A DNA stretch of 64,000 nt from an uncultured Acidobacteriota bacterium (lineage in GTDB: Bacteria; Acidobacteriota; Polarisedimenticolia; J045), in NCBI GenBank assembly GCA_963702425.1, contig CAVPCQ010000024.1, forward strand, positions 56,577 to 120,576, read 5' to 3'. Shown one piece after another: positions 16,702-27,879 of the stretch. The notes under the pieces are model-generated. The model was not told the origin of the DNA, made no database searches, and worked only from the letters and a program-made list of their open reading frames with translations. The position numbers and the translations under genes were made by a program. Every line of letters begins with the position of its first letter. The first letter of the stretch is position 1.

Positions 16702-18531
16702 ATGGCTCCGGTCGGCTACCGCGAATACAGCGATTCGGTGCGCGCCGGCGCGGACATCGTCGATGTCGTGTCGGAGGTCGTGTCGCTGCGCAAGAGCGGG
16801 CGCTCGCTGACCGGGCTCTGCCCGTTCCACCAGGAGAAGACCCCCAGCTTCCACGTCGATCCGGTCAAGCAGGTCTACTTCTGCTTCGGCTGCCGCGCCG
16901 GAGGAGACGTTTTCGACTTCGTGATGTCGCTGCACGGCGTCCCCTTCCCCGAGGCCGTGCGGCTGCTCGGCGACAAGCTGGGGATTGCCCCCCCCGCGCC
17001 GCGTAACCCGGCCGAGGCGGAGACGGACCGCCGCCGCCGGCGCGTGCTGGAGGCGCTCGCCGAGGCCCAGGCCTTCTACACCGCGCGGCTCTTCGGCGAA
17101 GGGGGCGAAGGGGCACGGGGCTATCTGGAGCGGCGCGGGCTGGCCGGGGAGGCGGCGCGCACGTTCGGGCTGGGTTTCGCCCCGCCCGGATGGGACGGCC
17201 TGCTGCGGCACCTCGTCGCGAAGGGGTTCCAGCCGGAAGATCTGGTGCAGGCCGGGATGGTCGTGCCGCGGCCATCGGGGAGCGGCGTCTACGACCGTTT
17301 CCGCGCGCGGGTGACCTTCCCGATCCGCGACTCCGCGGGGCGGGTGATCTCGTTCGGCGGGCGCGCCGTCGACGACGACGAACCGAAGTACCTGAACGGC
17401 CCCGAGACCGCCGCCTACGACAAGGGGCGCACCCTCTTCCGGCTCTTCGAGTCGGCGCAGGAGATCCGCCAGGCGGAGCGCGCGGTCGTGGTCGAGGGCT
17501 ATTTCGACGCGGTCAGCCTCGCGGCCGCCGGCGTACCCGGGGTCGTCGCGGTCTGCGGCACGGCGCTGGGCCCCGAGCACGTGAAGCTGCTGCACCGCTG
17601 GACACCGCGCGTCGTGCTGTTCTTCGACGGCGATGGCGCCGGGCGGCGCGCGACGCACGCCGCGCTCTCGCCGCTGCTCGCCGCGGGGATGACGGTGACG
17701 GTCGCGACCGCGCCGGACGGATTGGATCCGGACGACCTCGCGCGGCGTCACGGGAAAGAGGCGGCGCTCGCAGCGGTGGAAGGCGCCGCGGATCTGCCGA
17801 CCTTCCTCGTCGACGAGGCACGCCGGAACTACCCGGTGGCGACGCTCGAAGGGAAGCTGGCGGCGCTGGAGATGGTGTTGGCGCACCTGTCGCACCTCCC
17901 CAACTCCGTCGCGCGCACCGAGATCATGTCCAAGGTGGCCGACGGCCTTTCGATCGAGGACGCACTCTTCCGCCAGGAGTTGCGGCGGGTCGCCTCCGAG
18001 CGGCGGCGCGAGGTGCGGGCCCCGGCCGCGGCGGCGACCGTTGGTGCAAGACGGATGACCCACGCGGAGGAAGTCGTCGTACGTTTCCTCGGGGGCCGGG
18101 CGCACGCTGCGGACGCGGACGTCGCGGAAGTCGTTGCGGCGATCGAAGACGTCGACGCCGCCCACCTCGGCGAGCTCGGCGGAGTTCTCGTGCGGCGCTG
18201 GTGCGAGGCGTTCAAGCGCGGCGAGCACTGGGACCTCCGGCGGATCGCCGAAGCCGCCCCCGAGGAGGCGCGCGCGGAGGTCCTGGCGCTGGCATTCGCG
18301 CCCGGCGAGGAGCCGGGAGCGGCGGAAGCCCGCGGTGCGCTGGCCGCGATGCACGGCCGCGTGCTGGGCCTCCGGCTGCGCGAGGTGCAGGAGGAGATCG
18401 AGCGCACGGCCGACCCGGCCGCGCGCTCGCAGTTGATGCTCGAGAAGGTGTCACTGGCCAGGGAGATGCAGGGGCTCGGCGCGCCGGAGGGGAGACCGGA
18501 AGCGAGCCCCGCGCACGGAGGAGGGCACTAG
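16702..18531 (+). CDS. dnaG: DNA primase
   Basis: CPFHQEKTPSF...CFGC zinc finger, PKYLNGPET, VEGYFD, FDGDGAG, DPDD. Confidence 0.97.
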   Translation: MAPVGYREYSDSVRAGADIVDVVSEVVSLRKSGRSLTGLCPFHQEKTPSFHVDPVKQVYFCFGCRAGGDVFDFVMSLHGVPFPEAVRLLGDKLGIAPPAPRNPAEAETDRRRRRVLEALAEAQAFYTARLFGEGGEGARGYLERRGLAGEAARTFGLGFAPPGWDGLLRHLVAKGFQPEDLVQAGMVVPRPSGSGVYDRFRARVTFPIRDSAGRVISFGGRAVDDDEPKYLNGPETAAYDKGRTLFRLFESAQEIRQAERAVVVEGYFDAVSLAAAGVPGVVAVCGTALGPEHVKLLHRWTPRVVLFFDGDGAGRRATHAALSPLLAAGMTVTVATAPDGLDPDDLARRHGKEAALAAVEGAADLPTFLVDEARRNYPVATLEGKLAALEMVLAHLSHLPNSVARTEIMSKVADGLSIEDALFRQELRRVASERRREVRAPAAAATVGARRMTHAEEVVVRFLGGRAHAADADVAEVVAAIEDVDAAHLGELGGVLVRRWCEAFKRGEHWDLRRIAEAAPEEARAEVLALAFAPGEEPGAAEARGALAAMHGRVLGLRLREVQEEIERTADPAARSQLMLEKVSLAREMQGLGAPEGRPEASPAHGGGH

Positions 18532-18698
18532 GGAGAGCTGGAGCAGGACCCGTCCGGTCCGACGAACCCAGGGACGGTCGGACACGGAGCGCGGCAACCA
18601 GGTACGAGCCCAACGAACGGGAAGGACACAGACGACGCGGAGTGTTCACGGCGGCCGGGATCGGCACGACGGCCGGCGCGTGTCGCAGGAGATGAACC

Positions 18699-20429
<1,731 letters not shown>

Positions 20430-20454
20430 CGTGGCCATCGCCTGAGACGCCGTG

Positions 20455-20488
20455 CGGGCGCCCTGGAGACGGGGCGCCCGTTTTCTTT
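20455..20488 (+). terminator. Rho-independent terminator after rpoD
   Basis: CGGGCGCCC / GGGCGCCCG stem followed by TTTTCTTT. Confidence 0.85.
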
Positions 20489-22365
20489 CAGGGGCAGCTC
20501 GCGAGCCGCTGGGGCAGGCAGGAGGCGGGCCCGGGCGGTCGTTCGGCCCCGCGGCTGTCGGTCCCCAGCGAGCCCTCCCACCCGCCGTGCAGCGGCGCAA
20601 TGAGGTAGTAGGTGCTCCCTTCCGCCGCGAGACCGGTGAACTCGGTCGCGCCCGCGGTCGAGCAAGTCATCGGGATCTGCTCGTAGAACGCGCCCAGCGA
20701 TCCTTCGTACACGGCGTAGTCGGTGTCGCCGGCGCGGCACGAAGGCGCCCAGCGCAGCGTCACCTGCCCGCCCGCGGCGCGCTCGACGGTCAGCGGTCGC
20801 GCGGGCCAGGAGCTTCCGTCCGGGACGCGGCCCGCGCCGGTCTGCCCGAGGATGTCGGCGAGCGCCTCGTACGACGTGTCGAACAGCGCCTGGTCGAGCG
20901 GGTAGTGGTAGCTGTCGCGGAACGTCGCGGAGAGGTCCTCGCCCGCGGCGGCGCTGACCAGCGCGGCGAAGACGGTGTGCCGGTCGGCGTCGTCCTCGAT
21001 CCCGCAGAGCACGGGGCCGAGCGATTCGACCCGGACCGGCTCCAGCGGGGCGAAGAAGCGCGCGGCGAAGCCGAAGACGTCGGAACCGGCGTGGTGCAGC
21101 CACAGGCCGTCGACGATGTTCGGGTCGAGAAGCCCGAAGTCGGCCCCGGCGGCCAGCCACGCCCCGAAATCGTCCCGGAACCGCTGCGAGTCGCTGTCGC
21201 AGACCAGGGCCAGCGAGCTCCGGGCCGTCGTCCCGAGCGGGTAGTGGAGCGGGTTGTCGAGGATCCGGCGCATGTCGGCCAGCGCGAGCGTCGACGCCAT
21301 GCCCTCGGAGTAGACGAAGGTCCCCAGCATCCGCGCGAAGAGCGAGGACGACCACGAGAAGTTGTGGCCCAGCTCGTGGTGGAAGACGAACCACTGCGGG
21401 CTGCGGGGCTGCTGGAACGGGACGAGGAAGCAGTTCTGCCAGGCGTTCCCCTCGATGTTCCAGCCCAGCCGGATCGGGTTGCCGGAGATCCCGCAGACGC
21501 GCCCCTCCTCCGTGACGCCGAAGTCGACCTCGAAGACCTGGCGGCAGCCGTTGTTCGGCTCGATCGCGAGCAGGTTCCCCTGGATCGCGTGGGCGTAGCC
21601 GTTGACCGCCGGGATCTCGTGCTGCGCAACCAGGGTGCCGAGGTTCTCGCCCTTCACGACCATCGGGTAGTAGAGAACGGCCTTGCCGGCGATCGCTTCG
21701 GCGAACGGGACAGCGTAGTCCTGCGGCAGGACGCGGATCACGCTCGTGTTGGCGGCCGGCCGCCCCTCGGTCGTCAGCGTCGCCGACGCCCAGGCGCCGA
21801 TCTCGGCCGGGCCCTCCGAACGGAGCGCCGTGACCAAGCCGTCTTCGGCGATCGAGGCCAGGGTTGCGTCGCCGGGGTCAAACGAGAGCGGTTCGGGCGC
21901 CGGCGCGCCGGCCGCGTCGCGCAAGTGCAGCGGGACCGAGCTCGTGGCGTCGTCGACGAGGTGCATGTTGTAAGGGTAAAGGTAGCGGCACGGCGCCGCC
22001 GCGTGACACGGCGGTGCCGAGTCCGTCGGACACCCGGAGCCCTCGGCCCCAGCGACGACGGCGACCGTCGTCTCGACCTCGCTGGTGCAGCCGACCGCGG
22101 ACACCGTGATCTCGTAGATGCCGTCGACGGCGTAGCGGTGTGAGGCGGGGAACCAGCTGATGCTCCTGGTCCCGTCCCCCCAGTCCCAGACCAGGTCCCA
22201 GAGCTGCCCGTCGCTGTCGTGGACGTAGCCGTTGACCCGGACCCAGCCGCAGGCGCACGGCTCAGGCGCGGACAGGATGAGCGTGATGTCGTCGCTTCTG
22301 GCCGAACCGGTGCCGAGGGAAGTCACGATGAGCAGGGAGCAAGCGAGGGTTGCGAGGCGCCTCAT
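20488..22365 (-). CDS. Secreted PKD-domain protein with HExxH metallopeptidase-like region and Cys-containing C-terminal domain
   Basis: Signal peptide MRRLATLACSLLIV..., PKD WDWGDG...HRYAVDGIYEITV, FHHELGHNFS...YSEG. Confidence 0.75.
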   Translation of the reverse strand: MRRLATLACSLLIVTSLGTGSARSDDITLILSAPEPCACGWVRVNGYVHDSDGQLWDLVWDWGDGTRSISWFPASHRYAVDGIYEITVSAVGCTSEVETTVAVVAGAEGSGCPTDSAPPCHAAAPCRYLYPYNMHLVDDATSSVPLHLRDAAGAPAPEPLSFDPGDATLASIAEDGLVTALRSEGPAEIGAWASATLTTEGRPAANTSVIRVLPQDYAVPFAEAIAGKAVLYYPMVVKGENLGTLVAQHEIPAVNGYAHAIQGNLLAIEPNNGCRQVFEVDFGVTEEGRVCGISGNPIRLGWNIEGNAWQNCFLVPFQQPRSPQWFVFHHELGHNFSWSSSLFARMLGTFVYSEGMASTLALADMRRILDNPLHYPLGTTARSSLALVCDSDSQRFRDDFGAWLAAGADFGLLDPNIVDGLWLHHAGSDVFGFAARFFAPLEPVRVESLGPVLCGIEDDADRHTVFAALVSAAAGEDLSATFRDSYHYPLDQALFDTSYEALADILGQTGAGRVPDGSSWPARPLTVERAAGGQVTLRWAPSCRAGDTDYAVYEGSLGAFYEQIPMTCSTAGATEFTGLAAEGSTYYLIAPLHGGWEGSLGTDSRGAERPPGPASCLPQRLASCP

Positions 22366-22904
22366 CGTCGTCCTCCCCGGCTCGCTCTCGAGCGGACGGA
22401 GATCGCGATGTCGATGAGCCGGTCCCGGTCCGAGCGAGGAACGAGCCGCCGCGTGAGCGGGCTGCTGACGCGGGATGAAGGTACGCCCCCAGCCCACGAA
22501 AGCAACGGAGTGCGATGGCGGCGGCGCAGGGCGCAGGCGCAGTCCGGAGGTTCGCGCCGCCCGGGGCCGGAAGCGCCCGCCCTTGCTCGGGCCATCGTGG
22601 CCCCGGACACCGGGCCTGGCGGAGGTCGCTTCCGACCGGCGTGCGTGCTTGTTCGCCCGCTACGCGGACCTGCCCGATCCGGCGGACAACACCGGGCGAA
22701 AGGGGGTCCGGAGCAGGGTAAGCGTTGACTCTCCAGAGGGTTGAGGGGTACAAGGACCCCGGGGTGCGCCCGCTTGGGCGACAGTCTCGCCGCCCGAAGT
22801 GGGTTAACCCGACCGCTCATCGCTGCGGGGCGCAACCGGTTGGCGGGTTGTGGTACGGGGACTGAGTGGCGCTGCCTCCCTGCGCGAGCAGGTCTTGGCG
22901 GGGC

Positions 22905-22997
22905 ACCTAGCTTTGGATTGCCGCTGACGGGCGCGCCGGCTGCTTTGGCAAAGCGAACGAACGCGGGCGCGCCCGCAGGTGATCGCGAACGTCATGC
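22905..22997 (+). repeat. Degenerate attC site
   Basis: ACCTAGC...GCCGCTGACGGGCGCGCC...GGCGCGCCCGCAGGTGATC...GTCATGC; core AAC/GTT triplets mutated. Confidence 0.55.
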
Positions 22998-23013
22998 AGA
23001 AGGCGAGTGCGCC

Positions 23014-23424
23014 ATGAAGCGAAAGCGATGGGTCCTACCCGGCATCGCGATCGTGACCCTCGCCCTCGCGTGGTTCGCTCTGAACCGTCCCGGTCGTTTC
23101 GGCCTCGCGGTCTTCGGTCTCACAACCTACAACTCCATTCCCTGGCCTGGTGTTGACCTCCAGGTTCGTCCGGACGGCACGAGTCGCCGCGTTGAGAAGA
23201 CTCACGAGCTCACTTCGAACGACATTGCCTGGCTCGTCGAGTCGCATCCTCAGACGCTCATCCTGTCGGAAGGGTGGCGCGGCGCTGTGGGGATCTCCGA
23301 GGAGTTGCGCCATCAACAGGGTCTGGATGTACGCGTTCTAAGAACGCCAGACGCCCTGCGGCTCTTCAACCAGCTTCGGGCGGCTGGGACTCGGGTAGCA
23401 ATTCATGTGCACTCTACTTGCTGA
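23014..23424 (+). CDS. Mth938-like (DUF498) domain protein with N-terminal membrane/signal segment; cassette 1
   Basis: LILSEGWRG...VLRTPDALRLFNQL...AIHVHSTC C-terminal HxTC signature. Confidence 0.7.
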   Translation: MKRKRWVLPGIAIVTLALAWFALNRPGRFGLAVFGLTTYNSIPWPGVDLQVRPDGTSRRVEKTHELTSNDIAWLVESHPQTLILSEGWRGAVGISEELRHQQGLDVRVLRTPDALRLFNQLRAAGTRVAIHVHSTC

Positions 23425-23441
23425 CGGATCGGCCGGGGTCT

Positions 23442-23532
23442 GCATCACTTTGCGCTGCAGCCGACGGGCGCTCGGGGTTCCACGTGAGGGTGTACGATTA
23501 TCCCGCGCCCCCAGCTGAGCGCGGCGCTCGGC
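23442..23532 (+). repeat. Degenerate attC site
   Basis: GCATCAC...GCGCTGCAGCCGACGGGCGC...GCGCCCCCAGCTGAGCGC...GCTCGGC. Confidence 0.6.
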
Positions 23533-23544
23533 GGAAGACGAACC

Positions 23545-24294
23545 ATGGAAGACACCTGTCGTCTCTACACGGACCTGGCATGGCTGTGGCCAGCGTGGGG
23601 CGATGCCGCCGATGAATACGCGCACTATTGTCGTCACGTCGCAAGCCTGATTGAACAGCACGCAGAGCGTCCGGCAGGCACACTGCTGGACATCGGGTGC
23701 GGCGGCGGCAAGAACGTCTTCAACTTGAAGGAGAAGTTCAGTGTCACCGGTGTGGATCTGAGTCCCACGATGCTCGCGCAGGCAAGAGATCTGAACCCGG
23801 AGAGCACGTTCGTCCACGGGGACATGCGGACGTTCCGGCTCGGTAGGACGTTCGATGCCGTCCTGATGGACGACGCAATATCACACATGACTTGCCTCGC
23901 GGACTTCGTGGCGGCGTTCCGCACCGCGTCTGCCCACCTGAACCCCGGCGGGATTCTGGTTGCGACTCCAGACGTGACGACCGAAACATTCCGCCAGAAC
24001 AAGACCATCGCCACGCCGGCCACGCGCACGGGCACACGGGACGAACTCGATGTCGTCTTCGTCGAGAACGTGTATGACCCCGACCCTGCGGATGAACAGT
24101 ATGAAACGACGATCCTTTATCTCATCCGCGACCATGGGCACCTTCGGATTGAGACCGACTACTGGACAATGGGCCTCTTCTCTCTCGACACATGGAGGCG
24201 TGTTCTGCGCGAAACCGGTTTCGAGGTGCATGAGGGACGGTACAACGCGGGCGAGGACGAGTACACGGTGTTCGCTTGCGTGAAGACGAGATAG
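23545..24294 (+). CDS. Class I SAM-dependent methyltransferase; cassette 2
   Basis: LLDIGCGGG, GVDLSPTML, HGDMRTFRLGRTFDAV, HLNPGG. Confidence 0.9.
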   Translation: MEDTCRLYTDLAWLWPAWGDAADEYAHYCRHVASLIEQHAERPAGTLLDIGCGGGKNVFNLKEKFSVTGVDLSPTMLAQARDLNPESTFVHGDMRTFRLGRTFDAVLMDDAISHMTCLADFVAAFRTASAHLNPGGILVATPDVTTETFRQNKTIATPATRTGTRDELDVVFVENVYDPDPADEQYETTILYLIRDHGHLRIETDYWTMGLFSLDTWRRVLRETGFEVHEGRYNAGEDEYTVFACVKTR

Positions 24295-24296
24295 AG

Positions 24297-24366
24297 GCCG
24301 AACAACGGGTTGCAGCCGACGTTGCTCGGCTGCGCTCCGCAACGCGGCTGAACCCGACCGTTGGCC
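24297..24366 (+). repeat. Intact attC site (70 bp)
   Basis: GCCGAAC...CGGGTT(G)CAGCCG(A)CGTTGC-loop-GCAACG CGGCTG AACCCG...GTTGGCC: intact AAC/GTT core and two extrahelical bases, immediately after the stop codon. Confidence 0.85.
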
Positions 24367-24374
24367 ACACGGGA

Positions 24375-24689
24375 ATGACGATGGAGTTTCTCGAACCGTG
24401 GGTCCCTGCGGGACCGAACGCGCACCGACTCCAGGAAGAGCTCGCGTCGGAGCTGGGGGAGCGCCATCCGCTCGAGGGTCGAGACATGCGGGCCATCGCC
24501 GTGCGGCAGGACTGCGACGACGTCCTGTTCATCAGCGTGGATGACCCCAGAGTGGTTGCGGTCGTCCACCTCACCTACGCGAATAGACCGGAAACCGACC
24601 CTCGATGGCCCGAGACGACGATGTTCGCCTCGATCGAAGACTGGGTAGAGCGCGGGATGAAGCTGGATCACGACGACTTCACCGCATAG
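24375..24689 (+). CDS. Small acidic hypothetical protein; cassette 3
   Basis: ORF fills the space between two attC sites; DCDDVLF...VVHLTY. Confidence 0.75.
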   Translation: MTMEFLEPWVPAGPNAHRLQEELASELGERHPLEGRDMRAIAVRQDCDDVLFISVDDPRVVAVVHLTYANRPETDPRWPETTMFASIEDWVERGMKLDHDDFTA

Positions 24690-24700
24690 AGCCGCGAGAG

Positions 24701-24845
24701 GCCTAACAACCGGTTGAAGCCCCAATCAGCAGCGCGAGTGTGCTCTTTCGCGGCACAACATCGCGTAGCCGCCGTCGGACGGCCCGGCGGCTTGCGCGAA
24801 CTGAACGAACATGAGGCCGCCCGCAGCTGAACGCATCGCGAGCCC
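24701..24845 (+). repeat. Broken or hybrid attC site
   Basis: Perfect RYYYAAC (GCCTAAC) plus CGGTTGAAGC left arm that stops near 24720; a non-matching right arm GCCGCCCGCAGCTGAACGC at about 24816-24835. Confidence 0.55.
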
Positions 24846-24851
24846 CATCAC

Positions 24852-25151
24852 ATGGTCAGTTCTCGGAGGAGCCGATTCGTGAACCCCATCGAGCGCAGTG
24901 CAAGGGCGTACGTCATCCGGTCACTGCCAAAGAGACGCGCGGTGCACAACTCGGCGCACGTCGCTGCAGCCCTGGAGAGACCGCAGCACCGCGTTGTCTT
25001 GCCTTCGGGGTCTGCAACGACGTGGATGGTGCATCCGTTCTCGGCCATCGACACGGACTTCGTCGTTCACTCTGGGGAGCGGAACGGTTTCGCCAACTGC
25101 GTGTGGGATTGGCTCTCGATCCCTGGGCTCGCGTCGTGCAGCCCGGGCTGA
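24852..25151 (+). pseudogene. Organomercurial lyase MerB-like fragment
   Basis: WMVHPFSAIDTDFVV...FANCVWDWLSIPGL resembles the MerB-family HPFS...ANCAWDALGI core; truncated. Confidence 0.55.
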
Positions 25152-25230
25152 TTCCGCGACCGGCAACACGAAGGGCGGCCTCGCGGCCGCCCCGTGGCTT
25201 TGGCTTTCGCGCGGAACCCGGCGCGCGCAA

Positions 25231-25461
25231 CTAGCCGTCGGTCCCGATCGCCTCCGACGGGCAGCCTTCCAGCGACTCCTTGCACAGCCCTTCCTCGTCG
25301 GCGTTCTCGGGCTGCTTGCAGACGTAGGCGTGGTCGTCGTCGTCGGTCATCTTGAAATTGTCCGGCGCGGTGTCCACGCAGACCTTGCAGGCGGTGCAGC
25401 TGGTGTCGACGTAGTACTTGCCGGGGACGCTCTCCGCGACTTTGGCGCTGTTGTCGGCCAT
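25231..25461 (-). CDS. Ferredoxin
   Basis: CTACKVC...CPSEAIG. Confidence 0.9.
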   Translation of the reverse strand: MADNSAKVAESVPGKYYVDTSCTACKVCVDTAPDNFKMTDDDDHAYVCKQPENADEEGLCKESLEGCPSEAIGTDG

Positions 25462-25547
25462 CTCGGAACCCTCATGGGAAGTGGAGCGTGACGGACGGTG
25501 GGAGCGGTGATTTTAGCAGTAATTTCGCCGCCGCCAGCTGACCCGGG

Positions 25548-27780
25548 TCAAGCCGGCTCACCCGGCCGGGGAGCCGGTGCCGTGGCCGGCGGGATGACCC
25601 GAAACTCACGGCTGTCGAGGACCGGGCCGTCGCTCAGGATCCGGTCGATGTCCTGCCGGGACGCGGCCGGGACGGCGGGGTCGATGATCGCGATCCCGTA
25701 GGAGCCTGGGGCGAGCGAACTCTCGGGCGCGGCGGCCTCGTACTCGCGACACGCGGTCGTCTCGCTTCGGACCTCGCCGCGCGGCGTCGGCATGATCTGG
25801 TAGATCGACTCGCGCACCGGCTTCCCGTCGGCCCCCGGCAGCGGCCGGAAGAGGATGGTGCGCGGCGCGCCCGCCAGCCCGCAGGCCACGAACCGCAGCA
25901 CGACGCGGTCGGCCGACTGGACCGATTCGGCGTCGAGCAGCGGGACGACCGCGACACGGGCCGCGTCGCGCGGCACCTCCTTCCCCTTCGCGTGCGCCGG
26001 ATCGAGCAGGAAATCGCGCCCGGTGCTGCGCCCCAGGCGCACCGCCGAGACCGGCGCCATTCCCATTCGCCGGGGCCGGCAGGGAGAGCCGTACCTGCGC
26101 CGCGCCGACCTCGCCGGTCACGAGGTCCTCGACCAGCGTGCGCACGTCGAAATCACCCGGACCGGGCAGCGCGCACGTCGCCGAGAGCAGCAGGTAGGTC
26201 GGCGGATAGCGCGACGGCGGCGACTCGATCCGCACCGTGCGCTCGACGCCGTCACCCAGCGTGCAGACCGGGTTGCCCCCCTCGTCCGTGAGCAGCCCCT
26301 CCCAGGCGAAGCGCGCCACCAGGTCGCCGCGCTCGGGATCGCGCAGGAAGGAGAGGTCGGCCAGCAGCGCCGCGACCTGGATCGGCACGACCAGCGCGCG
26401 TTCGCGCGAGGGGTAGGCGACCGAGACGCGCACGCTGGGCAGCGGGAAGCCGGTCGGATCCATCAGCGCGCCGAGCCGACGGCGCTCGCGCAGCTTCTGA
26501 CGCGAGGCAAGCGTGACGATTCCGGTCGAACGCACGCGGTAGCCCCAGAACTCCGGGTGCCGGGCCGTGTCCAGGCGCACGTCGATCCTGCGCCGCTCCT
26601 CGCCGCGCGCGGGCGCCTCGAGCGGCAGGCTGAACAGGTAGTAGCAGGACATCGCCGCGATCACGCGGTCGAAGACGACGCCCAGCGAGCCGGCGGTCCG
26701 CACCGGCTCACCGCCGGTTCCGGTGGCCAGGAACTCCAGCAGGCGCGAGCCGCCTCCCGACGCCGAGGGGACGCCCAAGCCGCGGGCATCGACGGTCCAG
26801 ATCGAGAACCCCCCCGCCGCGGCGCGCTGCGGTTCGAAGGCGTAGGTCAAGAAGAGGTCCTCGTGCAGGTCGAACCACGGGGACGAGAAGAGCACCAGCG
26901 CCTTGCGGCCGCGCAGCGACGAGTGCGCCAGCAGGACCGCTTCTATCGCCGCCAGCGACGGCCGTGGGTCGATCGCCTGCGAGGCCAGCTCGGTCGTCGG
27001 GTTGCGGGCCGAAGTGATCTCCGCGCTGCGCAGACCGAAGTCCTCCGGCAGGAAGACCTGGTAGGCCGGCTCCGGCGACGGATCGGGCGGGCTGTCGCCG
27101 CTCGTCAAGTCGTACAGCGAGCGCGAGTCGATCGGTGTGTCGAACGACTCGCGCGTCGGTGCCGCGGAGATCCCTTGCAGCGGGGGCCCCGAGCCGATCG
27201 TGCCGGCCAGTTCGCGCGCGGCGCGACGGATCGCCTCGGGATCCGAAACGAAGTCCGGCGTGATCGGCACGATCCGCCGCGTGTAGGCGACGACCTTGAC
27301 CCGCACCGGGCGGGTGGCGGCGATGTCGGCCAGCCGGTCGAGCGCCTGCGTCACGCGGTGGCGCATCCGCGAGTCGAGGAAGTTCAGGTCGGCGAAGACG
27401 ACGATGGTCGGTCGCTCGTCGGCGAGCCGGTCCCGGGGCTCGCCGGCCCCGGCCGAGCCGTCGCTGCAGATCGCGTCGAACTCGGTCCGCGCGGCGATCG
27501 CGGGCGGGAGCGGGCGGCCGTCGATGTGGATCAGGAAGTCCTCGCGGGCGAGGCCGGGGACCGACGACCACGCATCGCCGCGCGGGTCGATCACCGAGAC
27601 GTCGATCTGCACCCGCCGGACCTGCTGCTGCTCGACGAGCGGGGCGGGGAGGGGCGGGAGCGGGGGGGCGGGGGCCTGGGCGAGGGCGCCGGGGATCGCC
27701 GCCACCGCGATGGCGGCGCAGCCGGCGGCGCGCGCCGCGGCCCGGGCAAGCCCCCGGAAGCGGCGCCGGAAGCGCCGGAA
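25548..27780 (-). CDS. Secreted VWA-domain protein, acidobacterial VWFA-like (apparent frameshift near 26075; start uncertain)
   Basis: VRRVQIDVSVIDP...VPGLAREDF, VVFAD, GRKALVLFS, WTVDARGL, LATGTGG; C-terminus in ORF 25548..26066. Confidence 0.7.
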
Positions 27781-27805
27781 GTCGTATGCTAGACTGCCCG
27801 ATTCG

Positions 27806-27879
27806 GGGCCCATAGCTCAGGTGGTTAGAGCGGCTGACTCATAATCAGCTGGTCCCAGGTTCGAGCCCTGGTGGGCCCA
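27806..27879 (+). tRNA. tRNA with CAT anticodon, most likely tRNA-Ile2 (lysidine type); CCA not encoded
   Basis: GGGCCCA/TGGGCCC acceptor stem, TAGCTCAGGTGGTTAGAGC D arm, GCTGA-CTCATAA-TCAGC, GGTTCGAGCCC T arm; resembles ileX-type tRNAs. Confidence 0.93.

Larger units (their letters stand above)
22905..24845 (+). mobile_element. Integron cassette array without integrase (CALIN)
   Basis: Three short co-oriented ORFs each bounded by attC-like imperfect inverted repeats; composition visibly less GC-rich than flanks; no intI in the window. Confidence 0.75.

Noticed and set aside
22905-24845. CRISPR array or simple terminators as the explanation for the repeated hairpins
   Set aside because: Repeats are non-identical, separated by whole genes, lack U-tails and show attC-type extrahelical bases; no cas genes or regular repeat-spacer pattern seen anywhere in the window
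27806-27879. tRNA-Met or initiator call, and tRNA as an integration site
   Set aside because: Lacks the initiator C1:A72 mismatch and GGG/CCC anticodon stem and resembles Ile2; no duplicated tRNA 3' end or integrase found
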